A stretch of DNA of 43,455 bases from positions 1 to 43,455 of the forward strand of contig CAWVXU010000012.1 in assembly GCA_963934255.1 (NCBI GenBank). The letters are read 5' to 3'. Below the pieces are notes generated by a model that was not told where the DNA came from, did not search any database, and saw only the letters and a list, made by a program, of their open reading frames with translations. Source of the DNA: an uncultured Fibrobacterales bacterium (lineage in GTDB: Bacteria; Fibrobacterota; Fibrobacteria; Fibrobacterales; CAWVXU01). Below are positions 18,647 to 28,786 of the stretch, in pieces (within the stretch, counting starts at the first letter, position 1; each line of letters opens with the position of its first letter). The position numbers and the translations under genes are program-made.

Positions 18647-18703
18647 ATTGTACCCTTTTTGATGTTTTGAATCACATAGGGTTAAAATAACTAAAAAACC
18701 TTA

Positions 18704-18901
18704 TCAATGTAACATTGAACGTAAAGCTTCAGCAATTTGTTTTGCCGCATCAGAAGAGAGGGCTTTAAAACCGTTTGTCGATGAATTTGATCGATAATTT
18801 GGTAATTTATTACTCAGTCTATTGATGTGGTCAGGTTTTTCTCTTCTGAGTCCTTCACTTCCAATATATTGAGGTTTTCCATATCGTCTTTCGCCGCTCA
18901 T
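18704..18901 (-). CDS. Small hypothetical protein (65 aa)
   Basis: AGGA SD before the ATG; fills the gap; amphipathic C-terminal helix DAAKQIAEALRSMLH. Confidence 0.65.
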   Translation of the reverse strand: MSGERRYGKPQYIGSEGLRREKPDHINRLSNKLPNYRSNSSTNGFKALSSDAAKQIAEALRSMLH

Positions 18902-18936
18902 AATAATTCCTAAGTCAAAGTGATGGTTATTATTTT

Positions 18937-18964
18937 AATTCGGATGAATCTTAAATGAACTTGA
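18937..18964 (-). promoter_or_regulatory. Possible sigma-28-like promoter
   Basis: TCAA-N16-TCCGAATT compared with consensus TAAA-N15/16-GCCGATAA. Confidence 0.35.
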
Positions 18965-18975
18965 GAGTTATTTGA

Positions 18976-20784
18976 TTAAATGGCTTGTGATAGATCGAAG
19001 GAAATACGCCCTAGTTCTAATGTCTCCAAGGCAAATGGTCTAAAGAAATTTTTCTTAAAGGTATAATCTAGTCGGAAAGTGAGAAGTGATACTTGATATC
19101 GTGCTCCTAATCCCATGGCCATTGATTTTTGTGAAGTGTATTGAGAGCTTAAATCATTGATAAAAGCCCAATCAGTGAATTGAACAATTTGTAAACTCGG
19201 GAAAGTTTTTGTGTTATAGCGTAATTCATTGCTGAGACGGAGAAATTGAGGAGATGGCCCAAAGAGTGTGTCCTGCTCGGTGACGCCATTGAGAACATAG
19301 GTAGAATCTTTTGAGGGAGCTATACTTCTGGCATCATATCCTCTCACGCTTCTAAACCCACCTTGGTAAAAAAGTTTGGCATCATCTGGATCACCCGTGG
19401 TTAGAAATTTCCCCCAGTCGATTGCGCCAGCCCAAAAAAGCTGACTTCCCAATGGGTAATAATATCCGGATTCAATTTTTAAATAATTGTATCTCTCATT
19501 TGCTTTAAATGCACCGCCATTGCCAATAGCAAAACGAAAACGTGAACCTCGAGTTGGGTCAGTTAATTTGTTGGTAAAGTTTAATTGAATTGAAGGTTCA
19601 AATTTCAATTTAACGATTGCAGTCGGTTCATTGTACTTGTCAACATAACGTAGATCAATTAATCCGATTGCTCGGAGGTTATTATTAAACCGTTTGGAAA
19701 AAGTTCCTTTATTAATTGCTTCAAAGCGTTCATCACCTTCAGTCTCTGTGGGGTCGGGTAATGAATCATGTCTAAAAGTCACCCGATTATCAAAGCGCAC
19801 TCCAGTGCCAAAGAAGAGAGGATGTCCATAGCCAAGGGTGACTTGCTCACGGTTTTGCGCATATGTTGTATTCAAACTCACTTCATGCATTTCTCCTTGG
19901 ATGTTTTTGTGTTTGACACCAACACTTACCCCAAGGCCCATGAGATCTTCATAAAACAATCGACTGGAGTACTGCCCTGGCACTCGTTCAACTAAGTTGA
20001 CATAAACATCATGGCGACCTGGGTTGATAAGTGAGACACTATCTTTTAATTGAACAGAAGAATAGAGTCCAGTGGCTAGTAATTTATTTCGATATTCATC
20101 CCAGCTTTGACCTTCAATGACATTGTTACTCTGAATTCCCCAAAGAGATCTTAGGTAACTTTGTCTAGTTTGCCCTCGACGATCGCTGGTGCCTTCGATT
20201 CGTTTTCGTTTACTATTTAGAAAGAGTTGGCCCATTTTTAATTGAGGACCTAGATCAACTTCAAATTGAACATAGACTAAGGCAGAGGACGTATCAAGCT
20301 CAATGCTTTGGTAGGACCGGACATGCAAGTATCCCTGTTCCTTAAATTGAAAAATGATTTCGTCGAGATCTTGAGTGAGTACTTCACCATTAAAATATCC
20401 ACTAACTTTAGAGTTTAATACAACTTCAGTTAAATCGTCTTGTGAACCAGCGAGATTGATAATATCAATACTAGCATAACGAAATTTGGGTCCTTCTATA
20501 ATTTGATAGGAGAATCTATTGGAAGGCAGATTGCCCGGTTGGAACTCAATTTTATTGGTAAAGAATCCTTCATTTTCATAGAGAATTCCCAAATTAAAAG
20601 CGGCTAACCTGAGAAGTACGATTTGTTTTGTTTCATCAAGTTGATCAAATCCATCAGGAAGACCTAGTTGTTCTAAAAGCTCTGGTTGAGAGAAGTACTT
20701 GTTACCAAAGAAATCAATGGAAACTTCAGACCACACTATTGAATAGTTAATCAATAGGAGAAAAATAAGATTTATTTTATTCAT
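18976..20784 (-). CDS. TamA/BamA-family Omp85 outer membrane protein
   Basis: Signal peptide, POTRA-like segments, loop-6 motif GGFRSVRGY, C-terminal beta-strands GLGARY...FRLDY. Confidence 0.88.
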   Translation of the reverse strand: MNKINLIFLLLINYSIVWSEVSIDFFGNKYFSQPELLEQLGLPDGFDQLDETKQIVLLRLAAFNLGILYENEGFFTNKIEFQPGNLPSNRFSYQIIEGPKFRYASIDIINLAGSQDDLTEVVLNSKVSGYFNGEVLTQDLDEIIFQFKEQGYLHVRSYQSIELDTSSALVYVQFEVDLGPQLKMGQLFLNSKRKRIEGTSDRRGQTRQSYLRSLWGIQSNNVIEGQSWDEYRNKLLATGLYSSVQLKDSVSLINPGRHDVYVNLVERVPGQYSSRLFYEDLMGLGVSVGVKHKNIQGEMHEVSLNTTYAQNREQVTLGYGHPLFFGTGVRFDNRVTFRHDSLPDPTETEGDERFEAINKGTFSKRFNNNLRAIGLIDLRYVDKYNEPTAIVKLKFEPSIQLNFTNKLTDPTRGSRFRFAIGNGGAFKANERYNYLKIESGYYYPLGSQLFWAGAIDWGKFLTTGDPDDAKLFYQGGFRSVRGYDARSIAPSKDSTYVLNGVTEQDTLFGPSPQFLRLSNELRYNTKTFPSLQIVQFTDWAFINDLSSQYTSQKSMAMGLGARYQVSLLTFRLDYTFKKNFFRPFALETLELGRISFDLSQAI

Positions 20785-23700
20785 TCAAGTTCCTCTCCGC
20801 TTTCTATGTCGAGAGCTGGACTACAGTCACCATGTCCGAATAGACAAAAATCACCCCAGAAGAAATTTTGATACTCAGTCCCTATATTCCATTCAAGTCG
20901 TTGTTCATTTTTTTGAGCATCTTCTGATTCTAAGTAGTGTTTATTCAGAATACTAAAACCAGAAGAAAGTTTTCCATCTTTAAATTGACCTGTCTGAGTA
21001 TTGATCCGATTAAACCAAATATAGTCAAGTCCACCTAATTGATATCTTTCATAGTCGCCCTCAGTTTGAGCATCCCAAACAAATTGACCTTTAAGTCTAA
21101 AGTCTTCGAAAAACTCTTTTTCTTCAAGTCCTGGTATCTTGGTTTCTAAATAGATTGAACTAGAATCTAGGTCGGCACCTTCACTACCCAAATGTATCTG
21201 TAAATCTTCGATTAAGTTTTCACGGATATAATTATTGGAGAGGTTTTTAAATTGTTGCGAGGCGAGGCGAGTTCCCACGTTGTAAATAAAATTAACAACA
21301 TCGCCATCTTTTTCGCTGACACAACCTAGGCTAATAGATGCAAATAGTTGCTTGGTATTTATTTCAGCATTTGACCCACAATTGGCATTGGCTGAGAGTC
21401 TTGGGTCATGTAAAGTACCATTCACTTGAATATCAATTGGACAAGTTTCCTCAATGTCATCATTAGGTTTAATACAAAAAGGTAATTGTTTAAATAGCTT
21501 CACATCGAGAGCACCCTCTTTAGGGCTTTGGCGTTCCCAGTTAACTCCCATATTGATGATGTTGAAATTAAAGTCTTCAAATTTCAGGTCAGCTTCTGAA
21601 GTTGATTGAACACTACCTGATAAGATAGGATTGGCTGTAGTACCCGATATTTGCAAATTGGTAGTAATAGGGAACTCTGCCAAATTAGTTTTTACGAATA
21701 AGCTATCATATCCGGCATCACGAATATCAATATTCAATTCAATAGGTTTACTCTCAATTTTTTTAATCCCCGTTCTTTTTTTGTTCTTCTTTAAAACGAG
21801 GGAATTAAAAACGTCGTAGTATTTTTCAGTATAATCATCTTTTTCAAAAAGTAAGCTAGCAACTTCAGCTTGAGCGTTAATACGCGTTTTATATGTTTTT
21901 TTAGAATCCTGGCTTGTGGGGAGGCCATAATAGCCATTAATGTTAATTAGACGTGCATTCACGTTGCCTAACTCTTCGCTTTTCATCTTATAAAAAGAGC
22001 TAGGACTGGAAAAATGAATATTGACAAAGCTCCCCGTTTGTTCAATGTGACCTTTGAGATTGGTGAAGTAAATTCGTTGGATTGTATCTAAAGGGAAGTA
22101 AAATTGAGGAGCATCAAAATTAAACCCACGTAATTTATTTTCATTAACATCATAGTGAGTTGAAAGGGTTGCTTGTTGTGATAGTGAATCTAAAATAGTT
22201 GCATGGGATTTGATGTGTCCCAATTTAATGTTAGTTTGAACTTTAATTTTTGTTTCCGGTATTTCGTCATGAAGATAAGTAGCATCTAATACATCTGTTT
22301 TGAGTGTCAAACCTTTAAAACCAAGAAGCCGGTTCCAATTTAATGGGGCAAAGACGTCTAAATTAGCTAATTGCCCGATATGATTAGGGAGGTTCCAACT
22401 CCCTATAACTTTAGCGGTACCTTGGAATATATTAAAATTTTGAGTAGTGGTCTCTAGTACAAAGTATGTGTCTTGACTTTGTTCCGCGATTCCTTCTTGA
22501 TTGAAAAGTAGTTCTCTGTCCGGAGTATAACCTAAGGCTAACTTTCTTTGTGATTTCAATATATCATCTAGTATTAATTGGAAGTCACCGTCCCACTCTC
22601 CTGATTGCCCCCATTTGGATTTACCGACTAGTGAAAGCCCATTGTTATAACCTTCTAAGGACATGTAGGGAATGTAAAAATTAGATGAATCAATGGAATT
22701 AAAATAAATATTAGATGCAGTTAATTTTCCTGTAAAACTGGAGTCTTTTAACTGAATTTTTCCATCAATAATTCCTGATTTAATAGAACTATTTAGGAAC
22801 CCTTGAGAAAAATCTACAAGATTAAACGAATCAGTCTGGAATTGGAATGTAATTGGATGGAAACTTGAATCATTGATAGTATGATTAAACCATAAATCAC
22901 CAGAAGCTGAAATTTTATTTTGTTTATGCACAACTTCTGCTGATTGTAAGCGCAAGGTGTCTTGAATAAATTGAGCATCTAATTGAAGGGTAATCGGTTC
23001 TTCAGCGATAGTAGATTCTAAGAAGACTTTAGACTGACCGAGCTTTTTCTGAAAATTATTCTGATAATTCCCTGTCAGTTTTCCTGGATTATATTTGTGA
23101 AAAATTGAATCACGAAGAGGCAGATGTTTGAGATCAAACTTAGAGGATGTCACGCTCAAATTTGAATTGTAATCTCCAAATATTTTAATGAAGTCATTAT
23201 TCTCTCCTTGAATATCAAACGAATAATGAGGATTCCTCGGATCCCAAAGTACTTTGCCTGTGAAATTAAAAGGGATGCCGCGTTTTTGTATTCTACCATT
23301 CCAAAAGTATATCCCTCCGGGGTCAATTCTCATTTCAGTGGTAACGTCTTCAGCTGCAAAGCCGTATGCGTTAGGAGTTGAACTATGTGCTTTTAAAACG
23401 ATATCACTATTTTTGAATCTCCCTTCAACCGTTGCACCGTCAATTTGCAAATGGTCCTTTGTCCAACCAAGAGCCCAGGTTTCATTGGACGTGATGTCTG
23501 CATTAAATGTACCCTGAATATCCTTTTTCCCAAAATTAATTTTACCCTGAAGATTAGAACCATCTTGAGTTGTCACCTTTGTGCTTAAATGGTTGTTTTT
23601 GAATTTTGCTTGATTGACTGTGAAGTTAATTGGAAGAGAATGGTACTTAGTCATAGCCCGATACAAATTAGCGGTGTAACCGGTGAAATTTACCTCAGAT

Positions 23701-24713
23701 AGGTCCTTTAAATCCCCCTTAAAGAAAACAGTTTCATTTTTTGGTCCTAAGCCGTTGATAGTCCAATCAAATTTATTTAAGGAACCCTCAGTAGTGAGGC
23801 TAAGCTTCATACTAGGAAAACCAAATTTTGAGTTGATTTGACTTTCGATATTGAGATTGTGATCATAAATTTGATTGAGGATATCAACCTCAATTTGACC
23901 TTGAACTTCGAGTGATTGAAGAAAGCTGAAATCATTTGCCATTTTGTTTGGCATCCAAGTGGTAGGAGACTGGATTGAAGTAAATACCTTAGCCGAGGCT
24001 TTCTCTAAGTTATCCTTATCCACCTGAGCTGCGATAGAAAGATGGTCGTCCTTGGTCGATAAAGTTATATCTAAATCGACTTTTGATGAATTACTCCAGT
24101 CAAGCTCAACCTGAACATGAGGACTGGCCTTAATTTCCGGTGAGGTGATTTTTGAAATGGAGAGCTGTAGCGCACGTGCACGAATGTTTTTCAAGTGGGT
24201 TTTAGAAAGAGTTGTTTTTGAGTTTTTGTTGAGTTTGTGCTCAAAATAATCTATTTGTATATCAAAATTAAAAGGCATTTTAAAATCGGTGAAAGAAAGC
24301 CTTTTTTTGGTGTCAAGTTTTTCAGCTCTTTTTTTTACACCCTTCATTTGTGAAAAAACTAAGGTGTCTATTTCGATTTGTAGAAAACGCTTGGATTTTA
24401 AACTAAAAGCCAGGGGGTTCAATTGAAGTCGAAAGTGTCCGACATGAATTTTTTGACTAGAGTCTATAAAAACAACAGAATCGGCGCTATAATGCAATGG
24501 GGTTATTATTTCTGCTTGATAGATCCTCAGACTTCCACCTGCAAGGGAGAACTCATTTTCAACTTGCGACCAAATTGTAAAAAAAAGCGTGTTTAAAACG
24601 CCAAATAGGAACAAAAATAGGACCAAAGCGATGGTGAGCTTTGTTCTGAGAGATGAAACGCTGGAGTTCTTCTCAATGGGCAATTCTACAGCAATGTCTG
24701 GTTCTTCTTGCAA
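20781..24713 (-). CDS. TamB-like translocation and assembly protein
   Basis: 1310 aa, N-terminal TM anchor, beta-rich, DUF490-like LQISGTTANPILSG and VNGTLHDPRL; overlaps the Omp85 start. Confidence 0.75.
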   Translation of the reverse strand: MQEEPDIAVELPIEKNSSVSSLRTKLTIALVLFLFLFGVLNTLFFTIWSQVENEFSLAGGSLRIYQAEIITPLHYSADSVVFIDSSQKIHVGHFRLQLNPLAFSLKSKRFLQIEIDTLVFSQMKGVKKRAEKLDTKKRLSFTDFKMPFNFDIQIDYFEHKLNKNSKTTLSKTHLKNIRARALQLSISKITSPEIKASPHVQVELDWSNSSKVDLDITLSTKDDHLSIAAQVDKDNLEKASAKVFTSIQSPTTWMPNKMANDFSFLQSLEVQGQIEVDILNQIYDHNLNIESQINSKFGFPSMKLSLTTEGSLNKFDWTINGLGPKNETVFFKGDLKDLSEVNFTGYTANLYRAMTKYHSLPINFTVNQAKFKNNHLSTKVTTQDGSNLQGKINFGKKDIQGTFNADITSNETWALGWTKDHLQIDGATVEGRFKNSDIVLKAHSSTPNAYGFAAEDVTTEMRIDPGGIYFWNGRIQKRGIPFNFTGKVLWDPRNPHYSFDIQGENNDFIKIFGDYNSNLSVTSSKFDLKHLPLRDSIFHKYNPGKLTGNYQNNFQKKLGQSKVFLESTIAEEPITLQLDAQFIQDTLRLQSAEVVHKQNKISASGDLWFNHTINDSSFHPITFQFQTDSFNLVDFSQGFLNSSIKSGIIDGKIQLKDSSFTGKLTASNIYFNSIDSSNFYIPYMSLEGYNNGLSLVGKSKWGQSGEWDGDFQLILDDILKSQRKLALGYTPDRELLFNQEGIAEQSQDTYFVLETTTQNFNIFQGTAKVIGSWNLPNHIGQLANLDVFAPLNWNRLLGFKGLTLKTDVLDATYLHDEIPETKIKVQTNIKLGHIKSHATILDSLSQQATLSTHYDVNENKLRGFNFDAPQFYFPLDTIQRIYFTNLKGHIEQTGSFVNIHFSSPSSFYKMKSEELGNVNARLININGYYGLPTSQDSKKTYKTRINAQAEVASLLFEKDDYTEKYYDVFNSLVLKKNKKRTGIKKIESKPIELNIDIRDAGYDSLFVKTNLAEFPITTNLQISGTTANPILSGSVQSTSEADLKFEDFNFNIINMGVNWERQSPKEGALDVKLFKQLPFCIKPNDDIEETCPIDIQVNGTLHDPRLSANANCGSNAEINTKQLFASISLGCVSEKDGDVVNFIYNVGTRLASQQFKNLSNNYIRENLIEDLQIHLGSEGADLDSSSIYLETKIPGLEEKEFFEDFRLKGQFVWDAQTEGDYERYQLGGLDYIWFNRINTQTGQFKDGKLSSGFSILNKHYLESEDAQKNEQRLEWNIGTEYQNFFWGDFCLFGHGDCSPALDIESGEELE

Positions 24714-24785
24714 TGTGCTCTAAATTTAAATTATTATGTATAATGTCAGTTGATGCTAAAGATACTTTTTTGATAAGTGGGGATA

Positions 24786-25088
24786 ATGACTAAAGACAAG
24801 GAAAAACAATCGAGGCGTAAATTGTCCATGGATCTTGCTATTGCTCTTCAACATGATATGGGTATGAAGGCTGCTCCAAGAGTAATTGCCAAGGCTCAAG
24901 GCCTTTTAGCCAATCGCATGATTGAAGAAGCTGAAAGTAATCAAATTCCTATCCATAAAGACCAACACCTTGCTCAAGTTTTAAAGGATGTTGAAGTTGA
25001 GGACGAGATTCCCCTTGAATTATATGAAGCAGTGGCCCAAGTATTGGCTTTTATTTACCGAGTTGATAAGGACCTTCGGCTACAATAG
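24786..25088 (+). CDS. FlhX/YlqH-like protein (stand-alone FlhB C-terminal domain)
   Basis: AIAL...APRVIAKAQGLLANRMIEEA...IP...EIPLELYEAVAQVLAFIY. Start uncertain. Confidence 0.88.
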   Translation: MTKDKEKQSRRKLSMDLAIALQHDMGMKAAPRVIAKAQGLLANRMIEEAESNQIPIHKDQHLAQVLKDVEVEDEIPLELYEAVAQVLAFIYRVDKDLRLQ

Positions 25089-25144
25089 TTCTCTAAATGC
25101 CTGATTTTGATATATTTATGACAAATATGTTGGAGAACCCCCTT

Positions 25145-27532
25145 ATGAAAATCAAATATGGAATAATAATTATTGGATTATTATTAGTTGCTTGCGGAAA
25201 AAGTCAAAGCCCTCAAACTAAAGTTTTAGCCAAATATGATGGCGGTGAAATTAATCAAGAATTCATGGATCTGGCTATTCAATCAATGCCAGAAAATCAA
25301 CAAGTTAAATTAAAAGAATCAGCTCATTTTCAAGAGTATTTTAACAAAACTTTGAAAGCTAGGTTATATGGGATTGAAGCTGAAAAAGCCTTAATAAATA
25401 AATATAAAGATCAGGAAGATTTTGTTACAACTAAAGGTATTGCTGGCTGGTATCAACAATATCATCTTGGCGAAAATTTGGGTTTCACTACAACTGAATT
25501 GTTAATGCATTTTGAAAAAAACGAAAAGCTATTTACATCTGATGACAGCACCTTGGTTGGGATGCCATTATTTGATTCTAAGAGATCTGATGTGGCTAGA
25601 GATTTAGCCTTAGAACAAAAAGAATTCAAAGAATTTTATGAAAAAAACAAAATGCGATTTAGAAAAAATCCTGAGGCAGAGCTTTCTTGGATTTGGACAA
25701 AGAAAAAAGGCGTTCTAGCCGGAATCAAAGAGTTACTAGACTCAAATAAAACGACTTGGGGTGATGCAGTTAAAACTTATTCTGAACTAAAAAATCCTGA
25801 AAATGGATCTCTTGGTTTTGTTGGTCCTGTTGACGCGAGACCTGAATTAAAACCTTATCAAAAAGCCTTTCGAACGGACCTTTTTATGGCTAAAAAATGG
25901 GCCACAGGAAGTTACCAATTAGTGGAACTCGCTGGCGAAGAAGCTCTTTTCAAGGTAGGGAAGGTTTTAGACGAGAAAATAAGAAGTTATGATGAAGCCA
26001 AAGATGATGTGTTGCAAAAGTTTGTGGGTCAATACCAGCAATTAACACATAAAAATTTGATGGATTCTTTGAAGTTAAAGTACAAAATAAAAATAATAGA
26101 AGACAAGACTAAGGCTAATGACTTAATGACACAGAGTATTGCAATTTATCAGGAAAATCCGCAAGATTATATGTCACAGGCTAAATGGAAATTATGGATA
26201 GTTCAAGAATCCAAATTGGATACGGTAAACGTTCAAAAAAAATCACTACCGGAACTACAAGCCTTAGGTTTTGTTGATATGGGCTGGGTCCTTGCAAAAA
26301 ATTCTATGCCTCAATCTTTTGGAATTGTGAGAGGACTTGAGAAGTCTTTAAACTCTAGTTCAACTGGTTTTTTAAAGAAGAGTTTGGTTTCTGCTAAAGG
26401 TAAAGTGTTTATCTATGTTGAAGCTTACAAAGCACCCAAGCTAAAAGAGTTTGAAAGGGTTAAACGATCAATTGAATTAAAGATTAAAAATGGTCAAGTT
26501 GAAAATATGGATGCGAGTGTTGTTCTTGTGAAATCAAAAGACAACATGGAATTTATTACTGGTTTTGATTGGAATCAAGTCCTTAATGAGCTTGCTCCAA
26601 GTGCACGTAGCAGAGTCAAAAAAGAAGACCTCATTGATTACCTTATTTCGTTGAAATTATTTGGAAGTGAAGCAAACAATCATGGCTTCACATTAAGACC
26701 AGAAATTAAGGTTAAAATTAAACTTTTGAAAGATTCTTTTTGGTCAATGAAATATGAAAAGGAGCTAGCTTTTACAAATATTCAAGCTGATTACAAGACA
26801 CTACAAGCTCTTTATAAATCCGAAACAGAAATTGTCAATCATCGCGATTTTGATGCGGCGCTAAAAGATTTAAAAGTGTTGTCTACTATAAGTGAATTAG
26901 ATTGGAAATATTTAAGTCAGTCAGCATGGAAAGGGACGATTAAAGACCCCAAAAACCATAAGCAACTCTATGTGGGGAACTATAATAAATTAACTAGTAG
27001 AATGCTTGACCAGCAACTATTTCAATTGATGAACACTAATAAGCTCGTTGTTGACTCTAGTCTCAATAGCTTTTGGAAATTATCCATAGACAGTATTTAT
27101 CAGGAAGCTTTAGTTCTTCAAAAGCGCAGTTTGGCAAAAGAAAATGTTAACAGAGTGATAGATGGAAAAAATGCAATTAATCTATTTGATTTCCTTTTCC
27201 ATGTAGCACCCGATTATGCGAAATTAGATTCAGCGTATTACCAATATGCTAAAATTATGCAAACTCGTGGGCTGTACAATCACGCCATTATGGCATATGA
27301 TAAAATTCTTATACATTGGCCAAAATCACCAATGGCTTTCCGAGCTGCTTTCCTCAAAGGATATGTTTTTTATGAAAACTTAAAAAAGGACGATAAAGCA
27401 ATTAAGTCGTTTGAATTTATGTTGGCAAATTATCCAAAGACTGAACTAAGTGATGACGCTGATGTTTTGTTAAAAGACCTCAAAAGTGGAAGAACCCATT
27501 TAAAGAAAATAATGGATAATCTCGGCAAGTAG
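25145..27532 (+). CDS. Large lipoprotein with parvulin/SurA-like regions and C-terminal TPR
   Basis: ATG 25145 follows GGAG; lipobox LVAC; WGDAVKTYSE..GSLGFV; TPR segments AYYQYAK..AFRAAFLKGY..NYPKTELSDDA. Confidence 0.75.
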   Translation: MKIKYGIIIIGLLLVACGKSQSPQTKVLAKYDGGEINQEFMDLAIQSMPENQQVKLKESAHFQEYFNKTLKARLYGIEAEKALINKYKDQEDFVTTKGIAGWYQQYHLGENLGFTTTELLMHFEKNEKLFTSDDSTLVGMPLFDSKRSDVARDLALEQKEFKEFYEKNKMRFRKNPEAELSWIWTKKKGVLAGIKELLDSNKTTWGDAVKTYSELKNPENGSLGFVGPVDARPELKPYQKAFRTDLFMAKKWATGSYQLVELAGEEALFKVGKVLDEKIRSYDEAKDDVLQKFVGQYQQLTHKNLMDSLKLKYKIKIIEDKTKANDLMTQSIAIYQENPQDYMSQAKWKLWIVQESKLDTVNVQKKSLPELQALGFVDMGWVLAKNSMPQSFGIVRGLEKSLNSSSTGFLKKSLVSAKGKVFIYVEAYKAPKLKEFERVKRSIELKIKNGQVENMDASVVLVKSKDNMEFITGFDWNQVLNELAPSARSRVKKEDLIDYLISLKLFGSEANNHGFTLRPEIKVKIKLLKDSFWSMKYEKELAFTNIQADYKTLQALYKSETEIVNHRDFDAALKDLKVLSTISELDWKYLSQSAWKGTIKDPKNHKQLYVGNYNKLTSRMLDQQLFQLMNTNKLVVDSSLNSFWKLSIDSIYQEALVLQKRSLAKENVNRVIDGKNAINLFDFLFHVAPDYAKLDSAYYQYAKIMQTRGLYNHAIMAYDKILIHWPKSPMAFRAAFLKGYVFYENLKKDDKAIKSFEFMLANYPKTELSDDADVLLKDLKSGRTHLKKIMDNLGK

Positions 27533-27651
27533 TCCAAAACAAAGCCATTTTAGTACAATATGTCTTTTATTTGTGTTGATTTCAGTTTAGAATTAGCAAG
27601 TTTGGGCAATTTTAAGCTATTTTTGTAACTAAGTCAGTATAGGAGGTGTTT

Positions 27652-28095
27652 ATGCAAAAGACTTTTGTCATGATCAAACCCAATGGGGTTCAAAACGGAC
27701 TCATTGGTAGAATATTAGGACGATACGAAGGGTCTAGCCTAAGTGTATGTGCAATTAAAATACTTCAACCCACCGTAGATCAAGTTGAAGGCTTTTACGC
27801 AGAGCATCAAGGGCGCGAGTTTTTCCAGCCATTGGTAGAATTTATGAGCTCAGGGCCAACTATCATGGCTGTTTTGGCTGGTAATGAAGCGGTTTCAGCT
27901 GCTCGTGCTATCAATGGTGCAACCAATCCTGACGAAGCCGCTCCGGGCACTATTCGCTATGACTTTGCTCCAAATACGCGAATGAATGTCGTACATTCTT
28001 CAGATTCTGAAGAAAGCGCCAAGCGAGAGATGCTTTATTGGTTCAACGAATCAGAAATTGTCGACTATAAAATTTCAAAAACCATAGCGATGTAA
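27652..28095 (+). CDS. ndk: Nucleoside diphosphate kinase
   Basis: TFVMIKP, FYAEH, GATNP..PGTIR, catalytic His in NVVHSSDS; AGGAGG SD. Confidence 0.96.
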   Translation: MQKTFVMIKPNGVQNGLIGRILGRYEGSSLSVCAIKILQPTVDQVEGFYAEHQGREFFQPLVEFMSSGPTIMAVLAGNEAVSAARAINGATNPDEAAPGTIRYDFAPNTRMNVVHSSDSEESAKREMLYWFNESEIVDYKISKTIAM

Positions 28096-28112
28096 GAAAG
28101 GAAAACAACTTC

Positions 28113-28784
28113 ATGTCATGGATTAAAGAATATGCTAGTTCCTCCATAGGGAAAAAGCAAATTATGGCTAAAACTGGTGCGGTCCTATCCTTATTTTTAC
28201 TTGGACACTTACTTGGTCAGCTGCCACTATTATTACAAGATGCAGATTCATTTAACAAATATGCTCATTTGCTGACTGCAAACAAAGCCATATACTATAC
28301 AGTTGAAGTCATTTTGACCTTGATTGTTCTAGTACATATCACTCTTGCTATCAAGACTAAAGCAGAGAACAAAAAAGCTCGTGGAATAGCCTATAATGTA
28401 AAGGCTTGTAAGGGCGACAAAGGCATTGCCTCTTTTACAATGGTACCAACTGGTATTTTGATTGCGCTCTTCTTAATCCTACATATATCGACCTTCCGAA
28501 ATGGAGCTTATTATGTGACCACGGTTGATGGTGTGGTGATGCGCGATATTTACAAATTAGTTGTTGAAGAATTTTCTCAACTTTGGTATTCTGCGATTTA
28601 TATTGTCGCCATGGGTGTGATGGGTTTTCATCTTCGTCATGGGGTATCTTCGATGTTCCAAACTTTTGGACTCAATCATCCAAAGTACAACGACAAATTT
28701 GACAAGCTAGCAATTGCTTATGCAACCTTTATTGCCGTTGCAAACTCAATTATTATTATCACTGTTATGGTAAGAGGAGCTTAA
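28113..28784 (+). CDS. sdhC: Succinate dehydrogenase/fumarate reductase cytochrome b subunit
   Basis: [10 protein letters not shown], His-containing TM helices, HLRHG..FQTFG; directly upstream of sdhA. Confidence 0.92.
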   Translation: MSWIKEYASSSIGKKQIMAKTGAVLSLFLLGHLLGQLPLLLQDADSFNKYAHLLTANKAIYYTVEVILTLIVLVHITLAIKTKAENKKARGIAYNVKACKGDKGIASFTMVPTGILIALFLILHISTFRNGAYYVTTVDGVVMRDIYKLVVEEFSQLWYSAIYIVAMGVMGFHLRHGVSSMFQTFGLNHPKYNDKFDKLAIAYATFIAVANSIIIITVMVRGA

Positions 28785-28786
28785 GA

